From Bacteroidaceae bacterium (GTDB lineage Bacteria; Bacteroidota; Bacteroidia; Bacteroidales; Bacteroidaceae), in the NCBI GenBank assembly GCA_024398495.1, contig JAKSJA010000001.1, positions 25,897-89,896 of the forward strand: a DNA stretch of 64,000 bases. The letters are read 5' to 3'. The notes beneath the pieces were generated by a model. It was not told where the DNA came from. It made no database searches and worked only from the letters and a program-made list of their open reading frames with translations. The position numbers were made by a program, and so were the translations under genes. How positions within the stretch are numbered: the stretch's first letter is position 1; every line of letters starts with the position of its first letter. Shown piece after piece: positions 1-10,453 of this stretch.

Positions 1-511
1 GCGGATCATCGGCGTATTCCTTATCTATTACATGACCGTCCCAGAGTGTATTGTCAGCAACAATGTAACCGCCGATATCCAGAATTTGCATTGCCATGTC
101 GTAATAGTTTTTATACAGACGTTTGTTTCCATCAATGAAGATGAAATCGAATGTGATTCCTAATTTTGGAGCTTCTTTCAGTGCATCGCCAATATGGAAA
201 TGTATCTTGTCGGCAACATCGGATTCCTCTATCCATTTCCGCGTAAAATCTTCTAATTCATCTTCTATTTCGAAGGTGTGCACAATACTTCCTCCACGTG
301 CCATGCAGATAGCAGAATAACCACTGAATGTGCCTATTTCCAGGATGTTTTTAGGATTGATCATCTCCACAAGCATTTTTAGTACTTTCCCTTGCAGATG
401 TCCGGACACCATGCGCCCATAGAGGAGATGTTTGTTTGTCTCTCTCCATAGACGGTAGAGATATTCGTCTTCTTTGCCGATATGATCAAGTATGTACTGC
501 TGTATGTCCAA
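1..511 (-). CDS. O-methyltransferase (Methyltransf_3 / TrmR-like), partial, runs off window start
   Basis: Manual translation from TTG at 511: LDIQQYILDHIGKEDEYLYRLWRETNKHLLYGRMVSGHLQGKVLKMLVEMINPKNILEIGTFSGYSAICMA. Contains the LEIGTFSGYS SAM-binding motif. Absent from the ORF track because it is truncated. Confidence 0.88.
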   Translation of the reverse strand, partial: MDIQQYILDHIGKEDEYLYRLWRETNKHLLYGRMVSGHLQGKVLKMLVEMINPKNILEIGTFSGYSAICMARGGSIVHTFEIEDELEDFTRKWIEESDVADKIHFHIGDALKEAPKLGITFDFIFIDGNKRLYKNYYDMAMQILDIGGYIVADNTLWDGHVIDKEYADDP

Positions 512-512
512 A

Positions 513-932
513 TTATTGTTTTTTTAATGCATGGAGGGCAAGTGAGTAAGAATCTGCTCCGAATCCACATATGACTCCTTTGCATACAGATGAAATCATG
601 GATTTGTGCCTAAAATCTTCGCGTGCAAATATGTTGGATATATGTACTTCTATCACGGGTGTTTTTATTGCAGCGATACAATCCATGATGGCAATGCTTG
701 TGTGCGAATATGCTCCTGCATTCAGAACGATTCCATCGTATGAAAAACCTGTTTCTTGGAGTTTGTCTATGATGACTCCTTCGCAATTGTTTTGGAAATA
801 GTCTATCTCATCGTTAGGAAACTCCGCCCTCAGTCGTTGCAGTATGTCGTCGAAAGATTCGTTGCCATACACTTCTGGGGAACGTGTGCCCAACAGATTT
901 AGATTAGGTCCATTGATAATTTGAAATCTCAT
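513..932 (-). CDS. aroQ: Type II 3-dehydroquinate dehydratase
   Basis: INGPNLNLLGTR, NAGAYSHTSIA and EVHISNIFAREDFRH motifs. Start moved to MRFQII at 932; TAATTTTG promoter element at 954-961 (-). Confidence 0.96.
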   Translation of the reverse strand: MRFQIINGPNLNLLGTRSPEVYGNESFDDILQRLRAEFPNDEIDYFQNNCEGVIIDKLQETGFSYDGIVLNAGAYSHTSIAIMDCIAAIKTPVIEVHISNIFAREDFRHKSMISSVCKGVICGFGADSYSLALHALKKQ

Positions 933-969
933 TTTTTTTGTTAATTTTGTACGCAAAATTAGTAAATAG

Positions 970-1875
970 TTGGAACTTCTCAAAAGATATAAGAGTTATT
1001 TAAGACTGGAACGGAATTATTCGCATCATACCATTGATGCTTATCTTCGTGATGCTGGGAAACTTATCGACTATATCGAGAAAGAAAAAGGACCTTCTTT
1101 TAGTTTTCGTTCCGTTACACTTGAAGATCTACAGGCTTTTGCTGCATCACTTCATGATGATAGTGTTGGTGCTCGCAGCCAGTGCCGTGTGTTGTCAGGA
1201 ATAAGATCACTTTTCCGATTCCTTGAACAGGAAGACGAAATATCTTCTGATCCATCTGAATTATTGGAATCACCACAGTTGGGGATGCATTTGCCAGAGG
1301 TGCTGACAGTGGATGAGATAGATGCAATTGAAAATTCTATAGACTTGAGCAAGAACGAAGGACATCGTAACAGAGCAATCATAGAAGTGCTTTTCAGTTG
1401 TGGTTTAAGAGTATCGGAACTTGTTAATCTAAAGCTTTCTGACTTGTATCTTCAGGATGGATATATCCGTGTATTCGGAAAAGGTAATAAAGAGCGGTTT
1501 GTCCCGATTTCATCGTCCGCAACAAAAGAGCTGAAGTTGTGGTTTGAGATGCGTAATCACATGGACATTAAGCATGGTAACGAAGATTATGTATTTCTCA
1601 ATCGTCGTGGTTGCCGTCTTACACGAACAATGATACTGATAATGGTGAAAAAACAAGCAGAGCTGGCAGGCATTACCAAAGTCATCTCTCCTCACACGTT
1701 TCGCCATAGTTTTGCGACTTCACTTTTGGAAGGTGGGGCAGACCTTCGTGCAATACAGGCTATGTTGGGGCATGAGAAGATAGGTACAACGGAAATATAT
1801 ACACATATTGATGCTTCCCATTTGCGTGAAGAGATTCTTTATCATCATCCACGTAATATAAAGAAGGTTTATTAG
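970..1875 (+). CDS. xerD: Site-specific tyrosine recombinase XerD
   Basis: GLRVSEL, GKGNKER, SPHTFRHSFAT, LGHEKIGTTEIY (R-H-R-H-Y residues). Housekeeping context. Confidence 0.88.
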   Translation: MELLKRYKSYLRLERNYSHHTIDAYLRDAGKLIDYIEKEKGPSFSFRSVTLEDLQAFAASLHDDSVGARSQCRVLSGIRSLFRFLEQEDEISSDPSELLESPQLGMHLPEVLTVDEIDAIENSIDLSKNEGHRNRAIIEVLFSCGLRVSELVNLKLSDLYLQDGYIRVFGKGNKERFVPISSSATKELKLWFEMRNHMDIKHGNEDYVFLNRRGCRLTRTMILIMVKKQAELAGITKVISPHTFRHSFATSLLEGGADLRAIQAMLGHEKIGTTEIYTHIDASHLREEILYHHPRNIKKVY

Positions 1876-1904
1876 CGCATAATAGTCTAATGACCGATTT
1901 GGGA

Positions 1905-3014
1905 TTATAATGTTATTTCTGCAGAGCCGAAACAACGGTGATGACTGGTGTCGTAAATGGTGCAGAATTGCCCAGGAGCAACACCATGTATAGGCTTTTC
2001 TACCTTTATCCTGTATGTGGTAGAATTGACGGATGATATCTCTGCTGCTGTGAAGACAGGTGTGTGTCTTATTTTTACACTTATATTCTTAGGAAGACTG
2101 ATAATGCCTTTTTCATTTTTCGGAAATGCTCCAGGTGTGAGTAGATGGAGATCGTGAATAAGGAATTCGTCTTTGTATGCAGTGCTCGGATTGTATCCCT
2201 TGCTGACAAAGAGTATGTTTTTTTCAATATCTTTCTTTATTGCAAACCAAGGACCTTCACCGAAACCAAGTCCTTTTCTTTGGCCTATGGTATGAAACCA
2301 CAAACCACGATGTTGCCCTAATTTCCGTCCTGTTTCCAATTCTATGACATCTCCTGGATTCTCTCCAAGAAAACGTCTTACATAATCATTATAGTTTATC
2401 TTCCCTAAAAAGCAAATGCCCTGTGAGTCTTTCCGTTTTGCATTGACAAGATGCTCTCTTTCTGCAATGGTACGGATTGTTCCCTTCATCATTCTACCTA
2501 TAGGAAAGATGGCTTTCTTCAATTGCCATGGTTCGATTTGGCATAGGAAGTCGGTCTGGTCTTTCACGGGGTCAGGACTTGTGCATAGCCACTTTCTTCC
2601 TTCATCATCAATCTCTGTCTGTGCATAGTGTCCAGTTGCTATGATGTCATATTCAAAACCTTTCTTTTTATCGAAAGCACCGAACTTTATCAATTTATTA
2701 CACATCACGTCAGGATTAGGGGTAAACCCATTTTTTACTTTATCCATGGTGTATGTAGTTACTTCTTCCCAATACTCTTTATGGCAATCGATGATTTCAA
2801 GATTCAGTTTGTATCGATTTGCTATTGCTGTTGCCATCTCAATGTCTTCTTCCGCAGAACAATCCCAATCTTCTGTTTCAGTAGGTTCCTGCCCGATACG
2901 TATATAGAAACAGTCAGGTTTCAATCCCTGACGTACAAGTTCGTATACAACCACACTACTGTCGACACCTCCCGACAATAATACCGCTATTTTCTTACCG
3001 GCCAAATCTTCCAT
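1905..3014 (-). CDS. mnmA: tRNA 2-thiouridine(34) synthase
   Basis: LLSGGVDSSV, TPNPDVMCN, ATGHYA, KDQTDFL, DSQGICFLG, APGQF motifs. Start moved to MEDLAG at 3014, just after TAACTTTG. Confidence 0.95.
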   Translation of the reverse strand: MEDLAGKKIAVLLSGGVDSSVVVYELVRQGLKPDCFYIRIGQEPTETEDWDCSAEEDIEMATAIANRYKLNLEIIDCHKEYWEEVTTYTMDKVKNGFTPNPDVMCNKLIKFGAFDKKKGFEYDIIATGHYAQTEIDDEGRKWLCTSPDPVKDQTDFLCQIEPWQLKKAIFPIGRMMKGTIRTIAEREHLVNAKRKDSQGICFLGKINYNDYVRRFLGENPGDVIELETGRKLGQHRGLWFHTIGQRKGLGFGEGPWFAIKKDIEKNILFVSKGYNPSTAYKDEFLIHDLHLLTPGAFPKNEKGIISLPKNISVKIRHTPVFTAAEISSVNSTTYRIKVEKPIHGVAPGQFCTIYDTSHHRCFGSAEITL

Positions 3015-3247
3015 GCTGACAAAGTTAGTGCAAACCAAGAACAATGCCAAAATAAATTTATTTATTTCCAATTTGGAAGGATGAAAAATGGAGTTTACTC
3101 CGATTATTCATTATTTCAAATCGGATAAAAACTTCGTTTTGTAGGCATTGTCTTGGTGCAGCCTAAGTTCGACCGAAGGTCAAAGTTATATATTTTTTTT
3201 ATATTATATTGCTTTTTCTTATCTTTGCGTCTGTTATTAAAGCATAG

Positions 3248-4102
3248 ATGATGAAATTCCTTTTACGTCCTGATGATGCTCATAAGGGTATGATGGGACA
3301 TTCGCTCCTCATAGTAGGAAGATATGGTATGGCGGGTGCTGGCATACTTGCTGCGAAGGCATGTCTTCGCAGTGGAGTTGGCAAGGTGACGGTGCATATA
3401 CCAAAGCGGAATAATGATATCTTGCAGATAAGTGTTCCAGAAGCGATAGTCTCACATGATTCGGATGATTTTATCATTTCTGATGCTTCTGTATTAAAAG
3501 ATGAAATCATCAAGGGAAGATATCAGAGTATTGCCATCGGACCAGGTCTCGGAACTGACGAGAAAACGGCTTCCGTGCTGAAATCCCTGTTGAGCGATAT
3601 GCAAGACGGCGTCAATACCCCATTGGTCTTAGATGCAGACGCATTGAACATCTTATCACAACATATAGATTTCTTTCCGCTTCTGCCGAAAAACACTATC
3701 CTTACACCGCATCCTATGGAATTGCGACGTATGGTGTCATCCTATCTTGGCTACACCGGAGACGTAGATGACAAGATAGCCTCTCTACTTGCAAGCAAGA
3801 TAGATTGCCATGTGATTCTGAAAGGACATCGTTCGGCAATCTGTTGCCCGGACGGAAAGATATCATATAACAAAACTGGTAACAGTGGTATGGCAACAGT
3901 TGGTAGTGGCGATGTGCTTACAGGAATGTTGGCAGGACTTTTAGCACGTGGATATGCGCCTGATGAAGCGTGTGTGTTGGGCACATATTTACATGGTCTT
4001 GCCGGTGATATTGCGATAAAGGAGATGGGTAGGGAATCGCTTGTTGCTTCTGATATTGTTAGATATCTTCCAAAGGCTTTTCTTGATTCAGAATGCCATT
4101 GA
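3248..4102 (+). CDS. nnrD: ADP-dependent NAD(P)H-hydrate dehydratase (YjeF C-terminal domain only)
   Basis: AHKG, AIGPGLG, VLDADALN, LTPHPME, GSGDVLTG, HGLAGD motifs. Confidence 0.92.
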   Translation: MMKFLLRPDDAHKGMMGHSLLIVGRYGMAGAGILAAKACLRSGVGKVTVHIPKRNNDILQISVPEAIVSHDSDDFIISDASVLKDEIIKGRYQSIAIGPGLGTDEKTASVLKSLLSDMQDGVNTPLVLDADALNILSQHIDFFPLLPKNTILTPHPMELRRMVSSYLGYTGDVDDKIASLLASKIDCHVILKGHRSAICCPDGKISYNKTGNSGMATVGSGDVLTGMLAGLLARGYAPDEACVLGTYLHGLAGDIAIKEMGRESLVASDIVRYLPKAFLDSECH

Positions 4103-5063
4103 TTCTGTCAAGAATTGATACAAGGTCTTGATGAGTTTCTGACCGAAGCATCGTTATCTTTGTTTCACGGAAATTAGGAATGCCTTTGAATAAAGGTGTT
4201 GCAGCCAGATGACGGCGGGTGTGGAGAATCCCTCGTAGTTCATCAATACGGTTGATGTTTATCATGAGCAGTTCTTTCAGTATCTCAATTTTGTCATGAA
4301 CACTGAACTCTGTTTTTGTGCTGCCGTACTTGAGGTAGTCGTTGATGTGACTGAAAATCCATGGTTGCCCAAATGTGGCTCTTCCAATCATTACAGCATC
4401 GACACCATAACGATCGAACATGTCCTTGCATTGCTGTGGCGTAGTAACGTCACCATTGCCGATAATAGGTATATTCATGCGTGGGTTTTCTTTCACCTTC
4501 CCAATCAAGGTCCAGTCAGCATCTCCTGTGTACATTTGTGACCGTGTGCGTCCGTGGATGGTCAGTGCCTGTATGCCACAGTCTTGTAATTGCTCTGCCA
4601 AATCAACGATTATCTTATGTTCATTGTCCCAGCCGAGACGAGTCTTTACCGTTACTGGAATATCAACAGCCTTGACGACTTCTCTCGTTATTTCCAGCAG
4701 TAATGGGATGTTTTGTAGCAGCCCTGCGCCGGCTCCTTTTGATGCAACCTTTTTGACAGGGCAACCAAAGTTGATGTCGATGAGGTCTGGCTTTGACTCT
4801 GCAACCACCTTTGCGGCTTCAACCATTGATTCCACTGTCCTACCGTAAATCTGTATTCCGACAGGACGTTCATCTTCGTTGATGATGATTTTTTTCAGAG
4901 TACTGTTTACGTTTCTTATGACAGCATCAGCATTTACAAATTCCGTATATACCATTGCTGCTCCGTATCTTTTGCATAACATACGAAAGCCAATGTCCGT
5001 AACGTCTTCCATAGGTGCAAGGAAGACGGGTTGCCCCTGAAATTCTATATTGCCTATTTTCAT
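4059..5063 (-). CDS. dusB: tRNA-dihydrouridine synthase B
   Basis: LAPMEDVTD, DINFGCPVKKV, IHGRTR, GNGDV, MIGRA. Likely start MKIGNI at 5063. Confidence 0.93.
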   Translation of the reverse strand: MKIGNIEFQGQPVFLAPMEDVTDIGFRMLCKRYGAAMVYTEFVNADAVIRNVNSTLKKIIINEDERPVGIQIYGRTVESMVEAAKVVAESKPDLIDINFGCPVKKVASKGAGAGLLQNIPLLLEITREVVKAVDIPVTVKTRLGWDNEHKIIVDLAEQLQDCGIQALTIHGRTRSQMYTGDADWTLIGKVKENPRMNIPIIGNGDVTTPQQCKDMFDRYGVDAVMIGRATFGQPWIFSHINDYLKYGSTKTEFSVHDKIEILKELLMININRIDELRGILHTRRHLAATPLFKGIPNFRETKITMLRSETHQDLVSILDRINGILNQEKPLEDI

Positions 5064-5155
5064 ATAAAAACTCATGCAAAATTAGCAATTTTTCGTTAAT
5101 CATTGCTGTAGGCTCGCAAACTTTTATTACCTTTGCAGATATAAATAATCAAACA

Positions 5156-5995
5156 GTGGAAGCAAAGAAAATTTGTCTTGACGACTATGTGTACGCCGGC
5201 GAAGGTGCCAATGGCGAAAGTTATAATCTAAAGAGTGACAGTTCTGTGATGATGAAACTTTATAATGAAAGTGCAGACATCACAAGTGCAATAAATGAAT
5301 TGGAACTGGCAAGGAAAGTGTATGCTGCAGGTATTCCTACACCAAAACCGGGTGAATTTGTGACGGACGGTAACGGGCGTTTTGGAATTCAGTTTGAGCG
5401 TATTGTAGGTAAGAAATCCTATTCAAGAGCTACAGGTGATGACCCTCAGAATGTGGAGAAGTATGCTCGTGAATTTGCTCAAATGTGTAAGGACCTGCAT
5501 AATATCCATCTTAAGAAAGGTGACTTTGAAGATCAAAAGGAGAAGGATAAAAGACAGATAGATGAAAATCCTTATTTCACACCAGAAGAAAAGGTAAAGG
5601 TTAAGGCTTTTGTTGATTCTGTTCCCGATGCCGATACAGCTATCCATGGTGACTTGCAGTTCAGTAATGCTATCGTGGCAGATGGAAAACAGTATTTCAT
5701 TGACCTTGGAGACTTTGCAATGGGACATCCATATTTTGATTTGGGTATGGTCATGTTATGCTGTCTTTACGAGACTGAAGAGTTCTCACAGGGCGTCTTC
5801 CATATGACGTGTGCCACTGCTGCAGAGTTTTGGAAATATTTTGTGAAAGGATATTTCGGAGAAGATGCAGACCCAGACGAGTGGGAAAAGATACTTAAAC
5901 CTTATGCTGGTTTGAAATGTCTGATCATTGAACTTTATGCTGGGTGTTATTTCCCTCAGTATCATGCATTGCTTGATGAAATTACTAAAAATTAA
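5156..5995 (+). CDS. APH/aminoglycoside-phosphotransferase-like kinase
   Basis: GEGANG glycine loop, HGDLQFSN catalytic loop, FIDLGD. Probable GTG start at 5156 after TACCTTTG promoter element. Confidence 0.8.
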   Translation: MEAKKICLDDYVYAGEGANGESYNLKSDSSVMMKLYNESADITSAINELELARKVYAAGIPTPKPGEFVTDGNGRFGIQFERIVGKKSYSRATGDDPQNVEKYAREFAQMCKDLHNIHLKKGDFEDQKEKDKRQIDENPYFTPEEKVKVKAFVDSVPDADTAIHGDLQFSNAIVADGKQYFIDLGDFAMGHPYFDLGMVMLCCLYETEEFSQGVFHMTCATAAEFWKYFVKGYFGEDADPDEWEKILKPYAGLKCLIIELYAGCYFPQYHALLDEITKN

Positions 5996-6017
5996 AACTT
6001 AAAAACAAAATAAAAAT

Positions 6018-6623
6018 ATGTCTTTTACACGAATTTGCAGTAACGTTTTCACAAAAGTGATAAATGATTATCATTTGAAAGATGACGTAGATGCGTTGAT
6101 GAAAAATCCTTATGACAAGGATTGTATAGAACATAAATTATATCTAAAATGTTGGATTGATACTGTCCAGTGGCATCTTGAGGATATTATCCGCAATCCT
6201 AAGATAGATCCCGTTGAAGCTTTGCAGTTGAAACGGCGTATTGATGAAAGTAACCAAGATAGGACAGATCTTGTGGAACAGATAGACACTTACTTCCGTC
6301 AGGAATATGCAAATGTAAAGCCATCCCCTGATGCAACTATCAATACAGAAAGTCCTGCATGGGCTGTTGACCGTCTTAGTATCTTGTTCCTCAAGATCTA
6401 TCACATGCAGGAACAGGTAAACAGAGCTGATGCTGATGCGGAACACATACAGAGATGTCAAGGAAAACTTGATGTCTTGTTGCAGCAACGTGAAGACCTT
6501 TCGCTTGCTATTGATCAACTCCTTGAGGATATTGCCGAAGGAAAAAAATATATGAAAGTGTATCGGCAGATGAAGATGTATAATGATCCATCGACAAATC
6601 CTATACTTTACAATCAGAAATAG
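6018..6623 (+). CDS. DUF4254 family protein
   Basis: WIDTVQWHLEDIIR, TESPAWAVDRLSIL, VYRQMKMYND. Typical neighbour of GT9 in Bacteroidetes. Confidence 0.82.
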   Translation: MSFTRICSNVFTKVINDYHLKDDVDALMKNPYDKDCIEHKLYLKCWIDTVQWHLEDIIRNPKIDPVEALQLKRRIDESNQDRTDLVEQIDTYFRQEYANVKPSPDATINTESPAWAVDRLSILFLKIYHMQEQVNRADADAEHIQRCQGKLDVLLQQREDLSLAIDQLLEDIAEGKKYMKVYRQMKMYNDPSTNPILYNQK

Positions 6624-6652
6624 TTTTATCTGCTAACATTCCTATATTCGGG

Positions 6653-7651
6653 ATGAAGAAGGAACATCTGCTTATAATGCGTTTCTCTGCAATCGGTGAC
6701 GTTGCGATGATGGTACCGATTGTAGTCGCATTGGCAGAACAGTATCCTTCATTGAAGATTACTGTCTTGAGTCGTCCTTTTGCCAAAGATTTCTTTTCAA
6801 ATCTTGCACCTAACGTATATTTTATGAGTGCGGATGTGAAAAATGAATATAAGGGGGTCGGTGGGCTCAATGAATTGTTCAAGCGTGTTTATAGCAAGAA
6901 TATTACATGCGTGGCGGATTTCCATGGCGTTCTACGGACGGAGTACTTGCGCAGTCGTTTTGCCCTCAACGGTGTGAAGGTTGAACATATAAACAAACAC
7001 CGCAAGGGTAGGAGAAAACTATGCAGACAGAAAAATAAGGTGATGCAACAGTTGGCATCCCCTTTTGATAACTATTCCGATGTCTTGCGTAAGTTGGGAT
7101 ATCCAGTAGTGCTAAGTCAAGAAAAAGTACCATTCGCATCTATTTCATCTTCTTTTGTTGTTCCGAAAGGTGAGGTATGGATCGGCATTGCACCCGGGGC
7201 ATCTTATGTGGGGAAGATATATCCTTCAGACAAAATGCAAGAGGTAATAACAGGCCTTAAGGAACGTGTTCTAAATTCAAGGATATTTGTTTTCGGAGAA
7301 AAGGAAAACCCATATCCAGAAACTATTAATGTGCATGATACGTGTGATGGGTTCCGAAACGAACTGGCATTGATGAAAAAGTTAAGTGTGATGATAAGTA
7401 TGGATAGTGCCAATATGCACCTTGCCTCTCTTGTCGGTACTCCTGTGGTCAGTATCTGGGGACAGACTCATCCTTTAGCTGGTTTCATAGGCTGGAATCA
7501 GACAACGGATACTGCCGTGCAGTTAGACCTTCCGTGTCGTCCTTGCAGTATCTTTGGAAATAAAAAATGTGAGATAGGAGATTATCCTTGTATAAAGAAT
7601 ATTACTCCAGAGCAAATTGTTGACAAAGTGATGCAGATAGTGAATAAATGA
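6653..7651 (+). CDS. Glycosyltransferase family 9 (heptosyltransferase-like, LPS core)
   Basis: RFSAIGDVAM, SMDSANMHLASLVG, SIWGQTHP, CRPCS motifs. Confidence 0.9.
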   Translation: MKKEHLLIMRFSAIGDVAMMVPIVVALAEQYPSLKITVLSRPFAKDFFSNLAPNVYFMSADVKNEYKGVGGLNELFKRVYSKNITCVADFHGVLRTEYLRSRFALNGVKVEHINKHRKGRRKLCRQKNKVMQQLASPFDNYSDVLRKLGYPVVLSQEKVPFASISSSFVVPKGEVWIGIAPGASYVGKIYPSDKMQEVITGLKERVLNSRIFVFGEKENPYPETINVHDTCDGFRNELALMKKLSVMISMDSANMHLASLVGTPVVSIWGQTHPLAGFIGWNQTTDTAVQLDLPCRPCSIFGNKKCEIGDYPCIKNITPEQIVDKVMQIVNK

Positions 7652-8147
7652 CTATCGCACCTGCTGAGGCTACGTTGAGAGAGTGCTTTGTACCGTACTG
7701 CGGAATTTCTATACAACCGTCACACATATTTACTACTGATTGTTGAACGCCTTTTACCTCATTGCCAAGAATGATTGCGATGCCGTTTCCTGTGTTGCAG
7801 TCAAAGTCTTTCAGCGATGTGCTGCCTTCGCATTGTTCTACAGAATACACCTTATATACCCTCTCTTGTGCAGCAGATACAGCATCTTCCGTCTTCTCGA
7901 AATACTGCCATTCTATGCTGTCTTCTGCACCGAGAGCCGTCTTATGTATCTCAGGGTGTGGTGGACGACCGGTAATTCCACATAACCATATCGCCTCAAT
8001 GCGGAAAGCGTCACAAGTGCGGAAAATGCTCCCTACATTATACATGCTGCGAACATTGTCAAGAATGACTATCAGGGGAATCTTTTCAGCAGATTTGAAA
8101 TCATCCACTGATAGTCTGTTCATCTCTGTAACTTTCAGTTTCCTCAC
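7602..8147 (-). CDS. SpoU/TrmH family RNA methyltransferase
   Basis: LDNVRSMYNVGSIFRT, LGNEVKGV, IPQYGTKHSLNVA. Probable GTG start at 8147. Confidence 0.9.
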   Translation of the reverse strand: MRKLKVTEMNRLSVDDFKSAEKIPLIVILDNVRSMYNVGSIFRTCDAFRIEAIWLCGITGRPPHPEIHKTALGAEDSIEWQYFEKTEDAVSAAQERVYKVYSVEQCEGSTSLKDFDCNTGNGIAIILGNEVKGVQQSVVNMCDGCIEIPQYGTKHSLNVASAGAIVIYSLSASLCQQFALE

Positions 8148-8151
8148 CTTA

Positions 8152-8970
8152 TTATATTGAATATACGTTGAAACCACCATCCACGACAGCTACTGTCCCT
8201 GTTACAAACTTTGCTGCAGGACTTATGAGATAGTGAATGGTACCACATAATTCTTCTGGTTCTCCCATCCTTCCGAAAGGTGTCTGCTGAATGATGTGTT
8301 GTGCGCGTGGAGTCCAACTGCCATCAGGATTGACAAGCAGATCGTGGTTTTGTTTTGTTACGAAGAATCCCGGTGCAATCGCATTTACACGAATGCCGTC
8401 ACCGAACTTATGAGCCACCTCTGTTGCCATATATTCCGTGAAACTCTTTATTCCTGATTTTGCAGCAGCGTAGCCGCATACTCGTGTCAGTGGGCGGAAA
8501 CTGGTCATGGAGGCAAAGTTCACAATCTGTCCTTTACCTTGCTCTTTCATAACCTTAAGAAATACCTGCGTAGGTATCACCGTACCCGTAAGGTTCAGTT
8601 GCAGTACGAAAGAGAACTGTTTCGGGTCAAGGTCAAAAATAGACTGGTCATCACCGATGGTGGCACCTTTCTGGTTGCCGCCGGCAGCATTGAGCAGAGT
8701 GTCGATTCGTCCGTATCTGTCAATGATGTCTTTGCAGTTCTGTTCCACCGTAGGCACATCGAGAACGTTTGTTGCAAACCAACAAGCATCCCCACCGTCA
8801 GCCTTTATCTCGTTTACAAGAGCTTTTCCCAGTTCTTCTTCCTGCGGAAGACTGAGAAACACCACTTTGCACCCTTCTTTAGCAAGGTACTTTCCTATTA
8901 TAGAACCGAGGACACCAGTTCCTCCAGTAATTACGACCACTTGGTCTTTAATGTCAAATAAATTGTTCAT
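8152..8970 (-). CDS. uxuB: D-mannonate oxidoreductase (SDR family)
   Basis: TGGTGVLG, NAAGGN, YAAAK, NAIAPGFF. Directly downstream of uxuA. Confidence 0.85.
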   Translation of the reverse strand: MNNLFDIKDQVVVITGGTGVLGSIIGKYLAKEGCKVVFLSLPQEEELGKALVNEIKADGGDACWFATNVLDVPTVEQNCKDIIDRYGRIDTLLNAAGGNQKGATIGDDQSIFDLDPKQFSFVLQLNLTGTVIPTQVFLKVMKEQGKGQIVNFASMTSFRPLTRVCGYAAAKSGIKSFTEYMATEVAHKFGDGIRVNAIAPGFFVTKQNHDLLVNPDGSWTPRAQHIIQQTPFGRMGEPEELCGTIHYLISPAAKFVTGTVAVVDGGFNVYSI

Positions 8971-9000
8971 ATCTAATTATTGTTTGCGGTTATTTTTTAG

Positions 9001-9125
9001 GGGTCTGAGAGGTCTGAGAGGTAGCCTCCTCTAAATCTCCCCCACAAGGGGAGACTTTTTGCCCCCTCCCTTGAGGGGAGGGCTGGGGAGAGGCTTCTTT
9101 TAGACTTTTCGACTCTTTGACTTTT
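9001..9125. repeat. Composite intergenic repeat: GGTCTGAGA 9-mers, GC-rich palindromic (REP-like) element, TAGACTTT-type 8-mers
   Basis: tctcccccacaaggggaga hairpin; ggagggctggggagaggctt is the reverse complement of the start of the element found in the T9SS tails at 46358, 49883, 51754 and 54255. Confidence 0.75.
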
Positions 9126-10344
9126 ACGGTTGCACCGGTACGTATGGTAGTTTGTATTCTATTCCAAGTTCATTGTCAACGGTGGCGATGATGCCCTCTA
9201 CCTGTCCGAGAGCAAACATTCGCCCCATGAACGAATATCCTGCATTATACCCTTTGTCTTCATCTCCGAGCATCAGCGGACCATGGTCAACACGCATAGG
9301 AAGGTTTGTGTTAGCCTTCTCAAAGATACGTGCCAACTCAAACAAGTTTGCCCGTCCGCCAAGATGACTCGCCTCGCTGAAGTCACCGTTAGGGAAGATA
9401 TGACAGGAGCGCAGATGAACAAAGTGAGTGCGGTTGGCATATTTCCGTGCCAGGGCAACAACATCGTTATGTCCGCCAGCAGAAAGACTGCCTGCACAGA
9501 ATGTAAGCCCGTTGTGTTTGTTGTCAACAGCCTTCAAGAACCATTCTATGTCCTCATCGCAAGTGACGATACGTGGCAATCCCAGAATCTGGAAAGGAGG
9601 GTCGTCAGGGTGTACGCACATGTTCATCCCATATTCATCGCAGACCGGCATGATGGCATTGAGGAAATAACGCATATTCTCACGCAACTGCTCGCGCGTG
9701 ATTCCTTTATATAAATCCAACAACTGTCTGAACAGTTCAACGGGATGCTCGTCATCCTCTTTTATGTTGCCATTGACAAACCCTTGAGTTTTGACAATGA
9801 TGTTTTCCACCAGATGATGGTTGAATTCAGCCTCTCTCCCTTCTGCTACGACCTTTTTGTGCAGTTTGTCAGCCTCTGCCACCACCTCATCAGGAAAACT
9901 ATCCCTTGCCCCCTCACGTTTGAGGATATAGATGTCAAAATATGCAAATTCAGCATGTGAGAAATACAGGTTTGTTGTAAAGTTCGGATTAGGATGGTCA
10001 AGGTCAGTACGAGCCCAGTCGAGAACTGGCATAAAGTTATAGCATATAGTGTGGATGCCTTCAAGACCGAGATTTTTAAGACTTTCCTTGTAAGTCTCAA
10101 TCTGTTCATCCCTATCAGCACCGGCATATTTTATGCTCTCCACCACAGGCAGACTCTCCACCACGCTCCAACGCATACCATAACTCTCAATATATTCTCT
10201 CAAGTCACGAATCGCCTCGCGTGTCCACACCTGTCCATTAGGCACGTCATGCAAAGCCGTTACGATACCCTCAACACCAATCTGCTTGAGCATCTTAAGT
10301 GTTATCTTGTCCTTCTTACCGAACCATCTCCATGTTTTTTCCAT
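9124..10344 (-). CDS. uxuA: Mannonate dehydratase
   Basis: TWRWFG, VVESLPV, CYNFMPVLDWART, HPDDPP, RVDHG motifs. Confidence 0.96.
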   Translation of the reverse strand: MEKTWRWFGKKDKITLKMLKQIGVEGIVTALHDVPNGQVWTREAIRDLREYIESYGMRWSVVESLPVVESIKYAGADRDEQIETYKESLKNLGLEGIHTICYNFMPVLDWARTDLDHPNPNFTTNLYFSHAEFAYFDIYILKREGARDSFPDEVVAEADKLHKKVVAEGREAEFNHHLVENIIVKTQGFVNGNIKEDDEHPVELFRQLLDLYKGITREQLRENMRYFLNAIMPVCDEYGMNMCVHPDDPPFQILGLPRIVTCDEDIEWFLKAVDNKHNGLTFCAGSLSAGGHNDVVALARKYANRTHFVHLRSCHIFPNGDFSEASHLGGRANLFELARIFEKANTNLPMRVDHGPLMLGDEDKGYNAGYSFMGRMFALGQVEGIIATVDNELGIEYKLPYVPVQP

Positions 10345-10453
10345 AAAAAATAAATTATCAAATTATACTGCCAGAAGCAGCCCAACAAAAGTACTAAAAA
10401 ATAATAGATACACAAAATGAAGAAGAGTTTTAAGCTTAAAAAGCTGACCTTAA

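Noticed and set aside
970-1875. Integrase for the AT-rich island
   Set aside because: Canonical chromosomal Xer sequence among housekeeping genes, 9 kb from the island, with no att sites seen.
3165-3185. Small hairpin gacc-gaa-ggtc in the mnmA-nnrD spacer
   Set aside because: Too short and single-copy in this window to support a call.
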